64,000 nt of DNA from IMG/VR virus record IMGVR_UViG_3300045988_111421; one strand, written 5' to 3'. A program made the position numbers and the translations under genes. The notes below the pieces were generated by a model, which was not told the DNA's origin, did not search any database, and worked only from the letters and a program-made list of their open reading frames with translations. Below, in pieces: positions 7,895-18,040 of the stretch. How positions within the stretch are numbered: the stretch's first letter is position 1; each line of letters starts with the position of its first letter. Source of the DNA: a virus.

Positions 7895-8695
7895 ATGGAA
7901 GACAGACTTATTACAACAAAAGAAGTAGGGAATTATCGTATAAAAATATACTATAATACTGACATGGAATGTCCTTGTAAAAGTTGGGATATGGCAGCAT
8001 GTTTCTTATGGGAATATAGCGATTCATACCAACTGCAAGATGTGTGCGATTGGAGAGAAGTATTTGGTAAATACGGAGATAGTCGACACTCGCTTATAGA
8101 TGCACTACATAAACTTATTAGTAAATATGTTGAATGGAAAGACTTGCTGAATTATTTTAAGAAAGGCAAGATTGACGGTTATCAACTGAGATATGATAAC
8201 CATGATAAAATGTGGTATTATAAAGAAATTTTTAGCATTTCTCCATCAGATCTTTACACGTATGATTATACGTATGAATTTATAGAAGACTTAGGATGTG
8301 AAGAATTGATTCAGATTCTTTCAGACTTAGGCAAAGATATATTTGTCAAAGAATGGTCCACAACAGGATACAGTCAAGGGGATTATGTTAAAGGTATAGC
8401 TTTCTGTACAAAGGAGAGGTACACAAAAATGGTTAGTAATAATACTTCCGATTGGAAAACCCAAATTGACAAATTGATTGATGATGAAGTGAAATCCATA
8501 GGTATGTGGATGTGGGGAGATGTAAAAGGGTACGTTCTTGAAAAGAAGGTAGCATTTACCAAGAAATACAAAGACGAATCAAGAGAGGATGAAGATTGCG
8601 AAGAATGGGAAGAGGTTGATTCTTGCTGGGGATGTTACGAGGAGACAGATGAATTGATAAAGGAAGTCATGATAGAGAATGGCTTAGAAGAATAG
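7895..8695 (+). CDS. Hypothetical protein (266 aa).
   Basis: ORF. Confidence 0.6.
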   Translation: MEDRLITTKEVGNYRIKIYYNTDMECPCKSWDMAACFLWEYSDSYQLQDVCDWREVFGKYGDSRHSLIDALHKLISKYVEWKDLLNYFKKGKIDGYQLRYDNHDKMWYYKEIFSISPSDLYTYDYTYEFIEDLGCEELIQILSDLGKDIFVKEWSTTGYSQGDYVKGIAFCTKERYTKMVSNNTSDWKTQIDKLIDDEVKSIGMWMWGDVKGYVLEKKVAFTKKYKDESREDEDCEEWEEVDSCWGCYEETDELIKEVMIENGLEE

Positions 8696-8805
8696 GTTGT
8701 AATGGCTGATAGTGACGGACGCCGCAGGAGACAGGTGGGTAAAGCGCGAAGAGTTCCGGTTCAGAGGAGACGCGGCCTGCTCTGCGTGGCGTAATGCTAC
8801 AGTAG
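8696..8805 (+). other. GC-rich (~60-65%) intergenic island. It contains a 30-aa Arg-rich ORF (8702..8794, MADSDGRRRRQVGKARRVPVQRRRGLLCVA). It is also a possible structured RNA.
   Basis: Composition contrasts sharply with the flanking AT-rich DNA. ORF read directly. Confidence 0.3.
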
Positions 8806-9351
8806 ATGAAATTGTTGAACATTTTAAAAACAGATAATTATGGGATATATATATGTACAAGATGTGGTGGAACAAATGTTGTCTGTGAAGCCATAGTAAA
8901 TCCGAATACTGGAAAAATAATAGATTATCTTGATGAATCTTTCATGCATGCTATTTGCTCGAATTGTGAAAACGAGGTGATAATATCCAACATTGAAGGA
9001 GTCAAACATGAAATTGATTTAAGGTTTCATGAATTTGTAGAAAAAACAGGTAAGGAGCCCAAATACGAAGAAAAAGAAGATGATTATTTTCCATTCTCAT
9101 CTGCAAGTATAGTAGCATACGAGTACAAACTACTCTATCATGAGAAATTCTTCGAACATCTTCATATGAAGAGGCTGGTTATTGACGAAAATATCCCTTT
9201 TCCAGTAAGTACATGGGAGCGCTCATATCGGTATAAAGGATATGGTTACAATATGTGCCGGGAGACAAAGAAAAAACTTCTACAGGCTATTAAAGGTGTA
9301 AACGTAGAGGAGGAAGATGTATCTTTGTACACTACTGGAGGATGGGATTAA
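8806..9351 (+). CDS. Zn-ribbon protein (181 aa; CTRCGG...CSNCENE).
   Basis: Two CxxC pairs near the N-terminus. Confidence 0.55.
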   Translation: MKLLNILKTDNYGIYICTRCGGTNVVCEAIVNPNTGKIIDYLDESFMHAICSNCENEVIISNIEGVKHEIDLRFHEFVEKTGKEPKYEEKEDDYFPFSSASIVAYEYKLLYHEKFFEHLHMKRLVIDENIPFPVSTWERSYRYKGYGYNMCRETKKKLLQAIKGVNVEEEDVSLYTTGGWD

Positions 9352-9809
9352 CCTATAAAACAAAATTGCTTATGAAAACATTAGAACAACTTAAAGAATT
9401 AGCATCAAAATGTTTAGACGGTAGAGATTTTAACAGACTGGCTAAATTTATCCCATATAACATGATAAAGGATTTCGGTATGGAGCCGAACGAAGAATAC
9501 AATAACGAAGAAAGGTGGAACAGTACTGTAGTTGAATTTACCAGGGAGAATGTTTTGAAACAGCTTGAAGAAGATGTAAGATTCGGTTTTGAAAAGGCAT
9601 TAAATCAGAGAGGGATATCAGCCAGTTTAATGTTTGAATGTGTGATGATGTGGAACTACATCCTGGAAGAAGGTCTTGAAGACTGGGATGAGGATGATTA
9701 TGGATTTTACGGGCTACCTCTATTTAAAGCTACGGCTGTAAAATACGGATGGGATAATCCTATAGGGGAAGACAGCGGGAGAGAAAGAAAATATGATTCA
9801 CAGTATTAA
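9342..9809 (+). CDS. Hypothetical protein (155 aa).
   Basis: ORF. Confidence 0.5.
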   Translation: MGLTYKTKLLMKTLEQLKELASKCLDGRDFNRLAKFIPYNMIKDFGMEPNEEYNNEERWNSTVVEFTRENVLKQLEEDVRFGFEKALNQRGISASLMFECVMMWNYILEEGLEDWDEDDYGFYGLPLFKATAVKYGWDNPIGEDSGRERKYDSQY

Positions 9810-9820
9810 ATAGGCATATC

Positions 9821-10675
9821 ATGAGCACAAGTAAAGAATACAAGGCAGTAAGGAACTACATACTAAATGAACTTCATCTTACCAAAGAAGATATAATCAA
9901 AAACATAGAACCGTTATTGGAGAAACACGTAAAACGGTACATGGTTAATACATATGGAGGTGACAATCAGATAGAAAACTGGATCAGATGCATGGTGAAT
10001 GATGAACTCAAACAAAGAGATCATGATTTTGTAAGAAGAGCGTGCGAGAATGTCATCAGGAATCATGTATTAAATGAATTGAATATAATCGTAAGATCCA
10101 AAAGTGAGAAATGTACATGTGAAAACAGAGTACCATCCGAAGAGGATAAGAAAGAGTCAACTGACGGACTGTATATAATCTACGAAGACGGACATGCAGA
10201 GCCGTTTACCGGCGATAACTCCAAAGATTGTGTACGATACATCGGGTTGAGGCACAGATACATGTCATTTGCAATCTCACTGACGGAGCATGATATCGTA
10301 CAATTGCTTGACGATGATAGCCGTGAAGAATCCGGAAGTGGGACATATTACGAACGTGAATGTGATGCGCTGTTTGACATTGACGGACGCGGCAATACGG
10401 AACGCCTTGTAGCCAGAAATCCAAAATTGAGAAATCTGCTGGAAGATGGCGAGTATATACCATCTCTTGGTCAATTAAATTTAATGGCCCATTATATGAA
10501 CGAACTAAACAAAGCATTCGCTTATGTTTCGGCATCTCCCCTCTCCTCGACGTGGTATTGGTCCAGTACTGAGAGCAGCCAGGCCGTCGCGTGGTACGTG
10601 GTCTTCTCCAGTGGCCTCACGGGCACCGGCAACAAGCACATCGGAGACATGGTTCGGGCGGTAATTGATTTTTAA
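9821..10675 (+). CDS. Hypothetical protein (284 aa) with a GC-rich 3' segment.
   Basis: ORF. Confidence 0.55.
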   Translation: MSTSKEYKAVRNYILNELHLTKEDIIKNIEPLLEKHVKRYMVNTYGGDNQIENWIRCMVNDELKQRDHDFVRRACENVIRNHVLNELNIIVRSKSEKCTCENRVPSEEDKKESTDGLYIIYEDGHAEPFTGDNSKDCVRYIGLRHRYMSFAISLTEHDIVQLLDDDSREESGSGTYYERECDALFDIDGRGNTERLVARNPKLRNLLEDGEYIPSLGQLNLMAHYMNELNKAFAYVSASPLSSTWYWSSTESSQAVAWYVVFSSGLTGTGNKHIGDMVRAVIDF

Positions 10676-10686
10676 AAAGGATTACA

Positions 10687-11484
10687 ATGATAACATCGGT
10701 AAAAATAAAAGACAATACAAAAACTCCATTTGAATATGCTTCGGACATAGAAGCGTTTGAAAATAGTAGAGAATTTATTTTCAAGCCAGGAGTGAATGTA
10801 ATTATAGGTAAAAACGGTAGTGGAAAATCAACTTTGCTTAACATCATATCAATGTATGCGTTATGCGAGAAGTCCATGTGCTCTGAAATGCCGGCTGAGG
10901 CGCTGGATTTTCCACCTATATTTGATGATGATGACAAGGTTCTTGATGGGATTGACATATCATCCGATTATGCAGGGAAAGTATTCCGTTTATTGCCATC
11001 GGCGGAGATGAATCGAGATAGTGTATTGAAAAACATCAGCAACTTAGATTTGTATGTGAATAATATTAGAAGATCTTATGGAGAGAAAGTGGTGTTATCA
11101 TTGGAATCACTTTTCAATTTAATGTTCGGTCAAAAGGATTATACGTTTCCAATACAAGATCTTGTAGAATACAAGAAAAAATCAAATGCGTTTTGGATTA
11201 AAAGGATTGATAATCTGTTGAAGTATTATAAAAGAAACCGCATAACATTAGCAGAAAGCAGTTTTGAATACACGGTTCTCATGGATGAGCCAGACAGGAA
11301 TCTTGACATTGACAATATAATGCAAATTTATAATGTATTATCATTCCATAAACCACAAACACAAATTATAGCCATAATACACAATCCGGCATTGATTTAC
11401 AAATTAAGCAAATTAGATTGTGTGAATTTCATAGAGATGACAGAAGGATATCTTAGTAAAACTTGTATATTTATGTCCAATTAA
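10687..11484 (+). CDS. P-loop ATPase, ABC/AAA_15-AAA_21-like (265 aa).
   Basis: The N-terminus (IKDNTKTPFEY..VNVIIGKNGSGKSTLLNIIS) is typical of RecF/OLD/SMC-like ABC ATPases. Walker B VLMDEPDRNLD present. Confidence 0.55.
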   Translation: MITSVKIKDNTKTPFEYASDIEAFENSREFIFKPGVNVIIGKNGSGKSTLLNIISMYALCEKSMCSEMPAEALDFPPIFDDDDKVLDGIDISSDYAGKVFRLLPSAEMNRDSVLKNISNLDLYVNNIRRSYGEKVVLSLESLFNLMFGQKDYTFPIQDLVEYKKKSNAFWIKRIDNLLKYYKRNRITLAESSFEYTVLMDEPDRNLDIDNIMQIYNVLSFHKPQTQIIAIIHNPALIYKLSKLDCVNFIEMTEGYLSKTCIFMSN

Positions 11485-11496
11485 ATATTTTCAACA

Positions 11497-11880
11497 ATGA
11501 GCTATTTTGTATTAATGGGGAGAAGAATCCCAAAGCAGGCTATAACAGGCTTTAAGTTCCAAAATGAAACAGATAATATTTGTCCTTTCCTGTCAATCAG
11601 GATAAGAGGGAAGGAGGAAATTATACCTTTCAAAGATAAAAAGGAGATACAGCCTGTAAAAGCGCATCTGTGTTCTGTCTTCTCCGGATTTGTGAAAATA
11701 GGCGACTGGTATCTCAAGATGTCGGAAGTTAAGGAATATAAGCCGGTGACCGCCGAAGACATGAACCCCTACATCTTGTTTAAGACATCTAAGTTCGGAA
11801 ACATAAAAGTTCGTTTCCCGAAAGATGAAGATATGGATGCCGAATTATTGGTGTTAGATCAGCTTTTTGATGTAGAATAA
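11497..11880 (+). CDS. Hypothetical protein (127 aa), immediately downstream of the ATPase.
   Basis: ORF 12 nt after the ATPase stop. Confidence 0.5.
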   Translation: MSYFVLMGRRIPKQAITGFKFQNETDNICPFLSIRIRGKEEIIPFKDKKEIQPVKAHLCSVFSGFVKIGDWYLKMSEVKEYKPVTAEDMNPYILFKTSKFGNIKVRFPKDEDMDAELLVLDQLFDVE

Positions 11881-11919
11881 ACTATTAATCATCTTTTGAA
11901 AATCATGACTTGGAAATAA

Positions 11920-12189
11920 TTGAAAGACAAAATATCTCTTATGACAGAAGAAGAGCAACGACAAGAAGTTGCAGTATGGGGAGAAAATATGAATCTAATG
12001 AAAGATTGTTCCTTGGAGAAAACAGACGAGGATATGTACTACAACTCTGAATGGGATTATACTTGTGAAGAGAGTGAACTTGTGAAGAGAGTGAATTGGA
12101 ACCGGAAGACAAGAATGACCCTGATGTACATAAGGTATATGAAGCAGGAATGTATTATATTTATTCGAATTGATTTTAAAAAGATCTGA
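11920..12189 (+). CDS. Hypothetical protein (89 aa).
   Basis: ORF. Confidence 0.35.
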   Translation: MKDKISLMTEEEQRQEVAVWGENMNLMKDCSLEKTDEDMYYNSEWDYTCEESELVKRVNWNRKTRMTLMYIRYMKQECIIFIRIDFKKI

Positions 12190-12191
12190 TT

Positions 12192-12761
12192 ATGGCAGCA
12201 TTAACAACACTAAATATAACGGAAAAGAACGCTAATAACAGTTTGTCTGTAACTGTTAAAGTGAATGTCACCAAAGAAGGAGTGTTTACCACTACCTTGT
12301 CAAAAGAAGATGTGGACAAGATTCATTCTTATGGGATCAAATTACCTACAAACAGATTAGGCAACGAAGGATATTTCAATAGTATAGCACTTTCTGATTT
12401 GGAAAGTCAAATCAGGGAAGTTCTGAAGAGATGTTTGAGTTATAAAATAGTAGAAGAAGTGCCTGTTATTAAGTATCAACTGGAAACGAATTGCACGTTT
12501 TCATATGACAAAAACGGAAATATTGTCCCTAACCCCTCTAAGGAATGGACAGGAGGCGATGAAAATGGAGAATGGAGGGATGGAACTTCCCGTTTAGATG
12601 CCTTAAACGCCCAACCTTTCGGTTTTAGTGTTTATGCAAAACCATTTCTAAAAAGAGTAATTGAATATGGAAATGGAGAGACAAAAGTAGAATACAGCAG
12701 GTTAAATACAGAAAAAGGAACCTATGCGCACTGGCTGAATTGTGTAACAATTAAAAATTAA
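12192..12761 (+). CDS. Hypothetical protein (189 aa).
   Basis: ORF. Confidence 0.55.
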   Translation: MAALTTLNITEKNANNSLSVTVKVNVTKEGVFTTTLSKEDVDKIHSYGIKLPTNRLGNEGYFNSIALSDLESQIREVLKRCLSYKIVEEVPVIKYQLETNCTFSYDKNGNIVPNPSKEWTGGDENGEWRDGTSRLDALNAQPFGFSVYAKPFLKRVIEYGNGETKVEYSRLNTEKGTYAHWLNCVTIKN

Positions 12762-12947
12762 AAATAATTGAGTGAACAGTTTGCAAAAATCAGTACGAAT
12801 GCGTTGTTAGGATTATCAACATCCGCCACATAAGAACCATCTAATCCCGTAAATATCGTGATGCGTTGGTAGTATGTGTACAGATAGCAAGCAGGCGTTG
12901 GGATAAAGCATTTGGCAAACATTCACTCTAAATAAGAAATAGTAGAT

Positions 12948-13403
12948 ATGAATACAGAATTTGAAAACATGGCTTTGCTGAATATAGAAGACTACAATGA
13001 GCTTAAAGCTAAAGCCGAAGCAACAGATGAACAGATAAAGAAACAAGCCGAAGAAATGGCTAAGCCTGAAGTTGTCACATTGAAAGTACGTTTTTATACA
13101 TACGGAGTATCATACAATCCATATACTTGTGTTGATGTTGAGATACCATTCTATGATGATAAAAAAATCAGAGATATGCTTAACAAAGCAAGTGCTGATA
13201 TAATGAAATGGTGTGACAAAAATATGGAAAAATACAACAAAGAACTCAAAGAATCCAGATCTACAAAAAAACATTGCGAAGGGCTAAGAAAGCATATCGC
13301 AAATCTCGAAAGGCGCCTCTTAAAGCATATATTGGCAAACGTTATTTTATCTATTATATCAGTTGCGACTATAATTGCCCTTTTCACATTAATTCAAAAC
13401 TAA
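12948..13403 (+). CDS. Coiled-coil protein with a C-terminal TM anchor (151 aa).
   Basis: C-terminus ILANVILSIISVATIIALFTLIQN is hydrophobic. Confidence 0.5.
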   Translation: MNTEFENMALLNIEDYNELKAKAEATDEQIKKQAEEMAKPEVVTLKVRFYTYGVSYNPYTCVDVEIPFYDDKKIRDMLNKASADIMKWCDKNMEKYNKELKESRSTKKHCEGLRKHIANLERRLLKHILANVILSIISVATIIALFTLIQN

Positions 13404-13409
13404 ATAGAC

Positions 13410-13670
13410 ATGGAACAAGAATATGCTATTCCTCTTTTTAAAGCTGGTGCAGAGTGGCGCATTAACAGCGTGTGGCATTCTATAACAGTAATTCCAGATT
13501 GCCACCGTTTTATTGTGTTTCTCCCTAAGAAATCAACAATAGGATCAAAGAATCCAATTATGGGTATATTGGAAGAGAACAAAACTTTTATATCCAGCCG
13601 TCCAGGATGTATTTTATGCAGATTAGATGAAATGGAATCATGGGCTTATTTGGATGATCTATTACCTTAG
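13410..13670 (+). CDS. Hypothetical protein (86 aa).
   Basis: ORF. Confidence 0.45.
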   Translation: MEQEYAIPLFKAGAEWRINSVWHSITVIPDCHRFIVFLPKKSTIGSKNPIMGILEENKTFISSRPGCILCRLDEMESWAYLDDLLP

Positions 13671-13743
13671 GTAATTATATACTCAATTTTAAAAGTTAGA
13701 ATTATGAAAAAAATATTTAACAGACAAAGAAAAAGAGGAAAGA

Positions 13744-13953
13744 ATGAATTACCTTACCATTCATAAATGTAAAAACGAGGATGAACGTAAAGAGTTAAAA
13801 GAATTATGTGATTGGTATTTTAAGGATACTCCTGTGTTAACTATGTCTTTTTCTTTAACAGAAGAAGATCTTCGGGTAACAATGGAAAGGGACGTGGAGT
13901 TGTCGGCGGTAGCCGGAGCGGTAAAGAATCAACACCATAAGAAGAAAATTTGA
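13744..13953 (+). CDS. Hypothetical protein (69 aa).
   Basis: ORF. It is separated from the next same-frame ORF by a single TGA plus 2 codons. Confidence 0.4.
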   Translation: MNYLTIHKCKNEDERKELKELCDWYFKDTPVLTMSFSLTEEDLRVTMERDVELSAVAGAVKNQHHKKKI

Positions 13954-13959
13954 AAGGTT

Positions 13960-14175
13960 ATGACCGACAGAGAACTTCTTGAAGAAAACAATAAGATGTT
14001 AAAGGAAATTCTAAGTTTTGTGAGAAAAGTTGATTCTGCTGAATACAGGGATCATCAAGACTTTATGGAATTTCTTAGAAATGTAGCAGCCGATATATGG
14101 GTGGAATATACGGAGCCCGAACAAAGAGGTAGATTGTTTAATTTAATGAATAAAAGAAATGAAAACAGTTTTTGA
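13960..14175 (+). CDS. Hypothetical protein (71 aa).
   Basis: ORF. Confidence 0.4.
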   Translation: MTDRELLEENNKMLKEILSFVRKVDSAEYRDHQDFMEFLRNVAADIWVEYTEPEQRGRLFNLMNKRNENSF

Positions 14176-14821
14176 TTTAAGCAGAGATGAGATTGTGGCA
14201 TTGACAGACGAAGAGATAAGTCTGTATATAGACAAAGAGCTTGCTGGTAAGGGTATTCCAATTGAAGCTAAAAATTGGAATATAAAGAACGAAAAGGAAG
14301 TTGTGTACCCGGATTGCGGGGTTCCGATATTTGTTATTAAAGACATAGGTGTAGGATTTAGAAAGATAGAGGACGCTACAGAGGTGGTGAATTTACTGGT
14401 CAGGTCCAGGGCTTTTAAGGTGGGTTCAAAGTATTTAAACCGATCTTATGAGAGGTTAAACGTCATAAACGAGGGCGTCGTGCCGGCAGTAGAGGGTTGC
14501 GTAGGATACACCAATGAAGAATTTGAAAGAGTTAACAAAGAAAACAATGATCCTGAATCAGCAAAAATAGGATCATTTAATAAGACAGTAGAGGAAGCCA
14601 ACAACATAAGAAGCCGAGTGTTGAAATACGTGGACAAGATAAAACAGGAGCGTGCGTACAACATCGACCTTTGCATGACTTTCGAGAGATATATTGAGAT
14701 AGCAGATAAAGATGCGGAGCGGGCTATGGCTTTCTTGAAAGAAGCCTACCCGTTTAATGAAGAAACAGAAGTCTTTATCAGGAAAAGATACAATATGTCT
14801 ATCGATGTTAACCCAGAATAA
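14159..14821 (+). CDS. Hypothetical protein (220 aa).
   Basis: ORF. Confidence 0.55.
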   Translation: MKTVFDLSRDEIVALTDEEISLYIDKELAGKGIPIEAKNWNIKNEKEVVYPDCGVPIFVIKDIGVGFRKIEDATEVVNLLVRSRAFKVGSKYLNRSYERLNVINEGVVPAVEGCVGYTNEEFERVNKENNDPESAKIGSFNKTVEEANNIRSRVLKYVDKIKQERAYNIDLCMTFERYIEIADKDAERAMAFLKEAYPFNEETEVFIRKRYNMSIDVNPE

Positions 14822-14895
14822 AATTAATTTATATTAAATCATTTTGTTTCTTATTAAGCAACAAAAGACATATCTTTGTCCGAAAAATAAGAAAC

Positions 14896-15156
14896 ATGAA
14901 AGAGGAAGAAGAAAAGATTAAAGAGGCTATGACTGAAGCCCTGATACATTTAGAAGGTTGCAAATATTTTGTGGCCACGATAGTAAACGAAGAAGAATGT
15001 AGGTTTGATATGAGTCAGCGTATGTCTCCTCGTCAACTGGCTTTGGTTATAAAAGGTGTATTATCAAATAATAATATGATGATGATGGATGTACTACAAT
15101 GGTGCTCAGCCAGGCTTCAAACAGAAATAGAAAAAGGAAAGAAATCAACTAATTAA
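14896..15156 (+). CDS. Hypothetical protein (86 aa).
   Basis: ORF. Confidence 0.45.
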   Translation: MKEEEEKIKEAMTEALIHLEGCKYFVATIVNEEECRFDMSQRMSPRQLALVIKGVLSNNNMMMMDVLQWCSARLQTEIEKGKKSTN

Positions 15157-15167
15157 ATATTAATACA

Positions 15168-15638
15168 ATGAATCGCTGGTTTGAAATTACGGTAAAAGCC
15201 GAGATTGATAATATCGAGAACGGCAAAAAAAAGAAAGTAACTGAAAAGTATTTAGTGGATGCCTTGTCTTACACAGAGGCAGAATCAAGATCGTTGGAGA
15301 TCTTCAAGGATTTGTACAATTCTTTCGAGGTTGTAAAAATTAATCCTATTAAAGTGTCGGAAATCTTCTTCAACGGAGAAGCTGAGTACTGGTATAAGTG
15401 TAAGGTGAATTACATTACACTGGATGAAAAGAAAGGTAAAGAAAAGAAAACTCCATGCTATATGTATATCCAGGCCGGAAATCCTAAGGATGCCGAAGCT
15501 GTGTTGACTAAAGGTATGCAGGGTACGTTAGGAGACTGGAATTGCGAGTCTATTGTGGAAACGAAAATCATTGAAGTGTTTAAATACGATCTTCAGAAGG
15601 GAGCTGAAAAATTAGGCGAGAAGAAGAGTGAAGAGTAA
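15168..15638 (+). CDS. Hypothetical protein (156 aa).
   Basis: ORF. Confidence 0.55.
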   Translation: MNRWFEITVKAEIDNIENGKKKKVTEKYLVDALSYTEAESRSLEIFKDLYNSFEVVKINPIKVSEIFFNGEAEYWYKCKVNYITLDEKKGKEKKTPCYMYIQAGNPKDAEAVLTKGMQGTLGDWNCESIVETKIIEVFKYDLQKGAEKLGEKKSEE

Positions 15639-15867
15639 GGCTGATGTAGTTTCCAACATAGCGCTTGTTGTGGCGATAATATCATTGCTTTCAGCAGGCG
15701 CTTTCCTTCTGATAGTGATTAAGACAGACGAGGTATCTAAATTATTAATGAACGTACCTTATCTACTGGCTTCAGCGGGATTGTTCTTTTCAATAATATC
15801 ATTATTATTCGAATGGAAAGCAAGGAAAAGAAGCTATACGTCTGCGAACGATGTGGACGAAAAGTGA
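15628..15867 (+). CDS. Small membrane protein with two predicted TM helices (79 aa).
   Basis: Hydrophobic stretches IALVVAIISLLSAGAFLLIVI and LLASAGLFFSIISLLF. Confidence 0.45.
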   Translation: MKSKADVVSNIALVVAIISLLSAGAFLLIVIKTDEVSKLLMNVPYLLASAGLFFSIISLLFEWKARKRSYTSANDVDEK

Positions 15868-16337
15868 TGATAAGAAGTCATGGCTTATGCCAGGCTTGCA
15901 GGAGCAAAGAGTTGACTCCGAAGAAAAAAAACAGAATTACATCCATTAAAAACAGCAGCAAGAAGAAAAAGTTAGAGAACCCGGATTTATCCGGGTTTTT
16001 TCGTCTTATGTTGGAGGAGTTGAGTACTATTCGAATGTCTATGACTGGTAAAGCTATTCATTTTCCTACAGTATGTAACGTCTGTCACATACTTCCGAAA
16101 AGGTTATATAAGTCGGTTGCCACTTGCAGGGATAATATAGTTTTCCTTCATGAATCAGAGCATACGGTATTCGACATGTATCTTGACCGGATGGAATTTG
16201 ATAAACTTGAAACAGAATTTCCTTTTGTGTGGAAGTATGCGGTAAAGAAGGTGCTGGATATGGAAAGCAGGGGAATGATTAAAGAAAGAGGTAGATTAAT
16301 TATTGAAATAATTGACAGATATGAGAAAACTTTATAA
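15813..16337 (+). CDS. Zn-ribbon protein with a possible HNH-like motif (174 aa).
   Basis: CERCG..CQAC at the N-terminus. CNVCH...DN...HESEH is reminiscent of the HNH ordering. Confidence 0.3.
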   Translation: MESKEKKLYVCERCGRKVMIRSHGLCQACRSKELTPKKKNRITSIKNSSKKKKLENPDLSGFFRLMLEELSTIRMSMTGKAIHFPTVCNVCHILPKRLYKSVATCRDNIVFLHESEHTVFDMYLDRMEFDKLETEFPFVWKYAVKKVLDMESRGMIKERGRLIIEIIDRYEKTL

Positions 16338-16497
16338 AATAAGAATAGAAGCTGACGATGAAACTATCTTTTATGCTCACATACAGAGAGAAAGTTATGG
16401 TAAGGATATAGCTATCGCAGTGAAAGATAGAGATAAAGATGAAGTGGAAACAGTGTTACATTGTATTAAAGAAGAATTGATTAGAGGAAGATCATGA
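16312..16497 (+). CDS. Hypothetical protein (61 aa).
   Basis: ORF with ATGA overlap downstream. Confidence 0.4.
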   Translation: MTDMRKLYKIRIEADDETIFYAHIQRESYGKDIAIAVKDRDKDEVETVLHCIKEELIRGRS

Positions 16498-17810
16498 AAG
16501 AGAAAATAAAAATATTGACAGATTTAGGATTTGTCCCTATGGTGGAAGGAGAAGGAAATACGTTGTTTAGAATGAACGATGTTGTGATGTCGGTGTCAGA
16601 TCCTAACCAAACACCAGAGCAGTTGAAGAAGGAGGTTATGTCTTTAATAAAGAACAGAGACATAGCAGAAAGAGGCGGACAGGTTCCAGTAGTTGAAGAG
16701 CCGGCGCCTGAGACAGAGCAGGCCCAGAAGGAGGAACCGGAAGCTCCGGCGGAGGAAGCCGCTCCTAACCCTGGAGAAGAGGATTCGAATCCGTTTACAG
16801 AAAATCAGGAAACGTTAGAACCGTTTTATATCTGTGATGAGTTAAAGAAGATTGAGACTCCCAAATTCGTAAGATTGACATTAGACGACAATCGTTTTTA
16901 TGTAAGGAAGATGGATGATGGGACAGCCAAGATATATGCTTCGGTAACAACCTTAATCAAAGACGGATATGTAGATGATAAGACAGCACTTCAGGAATGG
17001 AAGCAAGAGATAAAGATGCTTGGTCGCAATCCAGAAGAGATAGCGCAGTATGAAGCCGATAAGGGAACGATCATGCACTACCTATACGGATTGTACTTGA
17101 CAGGTAGAGATATGGTCTTAAATCGAAATTTTATAGTTAAGACAGTGCAAGAAGGTAAGCTGAAGATATCGAAGAAAAATCTTGACCGATTTTTTAACAG
17201 CATAGATGATCTTGACGATATGATTGTCAGGGTCATGAAGTTTGCCAAATTCTGTTCTGATTACAAGGTGAAACCGATGATGATAGAAAGAATCCTTTCT
17301 TTAGAGGATTACCTTGTAGCAACACCTATTGATGCGATGGTTAAAATGACATTCAAATACAAAGAAGAAGGTTATTTTGGAGCCGTATATCAAAGGGCTA
17401 CAGGGCAGTTCAAAAAAGGCGATCCGAAGAAGGAAGTAAGAGAAGTGGAGAAGGAAGAAGTGGTCATTCTTGACTTTAAATCGGGAGGTATATGGGAATC
17501 ATACGCATTCCAATTAGAAGCTGAAAGAAGAATGGTTAAAGCATGGTACGGAATTGACGCGCGTATTATGAACTTTTCTCCAAAAAGCACGAGCAGTAAA
17601 GGATATACGCTGAAAGAATGGACAGAAGATAGTGTAGCACTTGAAAAGGCGGACTGTGTGTTCCAACAAGGGATGTTGAATCACCTTAGAAAAGACAAGA
17701 GGTTCAAAGTGAGAAAAGGAGTGCTGAATATCAATAAGCCTTACAATGAAGAGGATCATATTGTTGTATATGATATTGCTGAGGAAATGTCTAAAAGATT
17801 CGTAATATGA
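16494..17810 (+). CDS. Hypothetical protein (438 aa) with an acidic Pro/Ala/Glu-rich linker. Possible PD-(D/E)XK-type nuclease.
   Basis: VVILDFKSG resembles the (D/E)xK block of RecB/Cas4-type nucleases. Confidence 0.3.
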   Translation: MKEKIKILTDLGFVPMVEGEGNTLFRMNDVVMSVSDPNQTPEQLKKEVMSLIKNRDIAERGGQVPVVEEPAPETEQAQKEEPEAPAEEAAPNPGEEDSNPFTENQETLEPFYICDELKKIETPKFVRLTLDDNRFYVRKMDDGTAKIYASVTTLIKDGYVDDKTALQEWKQEIKMLGRNPEEIAQYEADKGTIMHYLYGLYLTGRDMVLNRNFIVKTVQEGKLKISKKNLDRFFNSIDDLDDMIVRVMKFAKFCSDYKVKPMMIERILSLEDYLVATPIDAMVKMTFKYKEEGYFGAVYQRATGQFKKGDPKKEVREVEKEEVVILDFKSGGIWESYAFQLEAERRMVKAWYGIDARIMNFSPKSTSSKGYTLKEWTEDSVALEKADCVFQQGMLNHLRKDKRFKVRKGVLNINKPYNEEDHIVVYDIAEEMSKRFVI

Positions 17811-18040
17811 GTGATATTGTTATTCCTAAAGGAGATTATGTGGAAATCGTAAAACCGATATGTATCAATCCTTTTGGTGATTATTTTATTAACATCAAAA
17901 GGGGTTCAAGATTAAGATTATCGAAAGATTTGAAAATAGGGGATAAGTATGCAATATGCATACTTACATCTTACGAGAAATATGGCAAGACTGTTAATGT
18001 GATAATGCCTATACTGGTTAGAAACACAAGAAGAGTATGA
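17807..18040 (+). CDS. Hypothetical protein (77 aa).
   Basis: ATGA overlaps. Confidence 0.45.
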   Translation: MSDIVIPKGDYVEIVKPICINPFGDYFINIKRGSRLRLSKDLKIGDKYAICILTSYEKYGKTVNVIMPILVRNTRRV

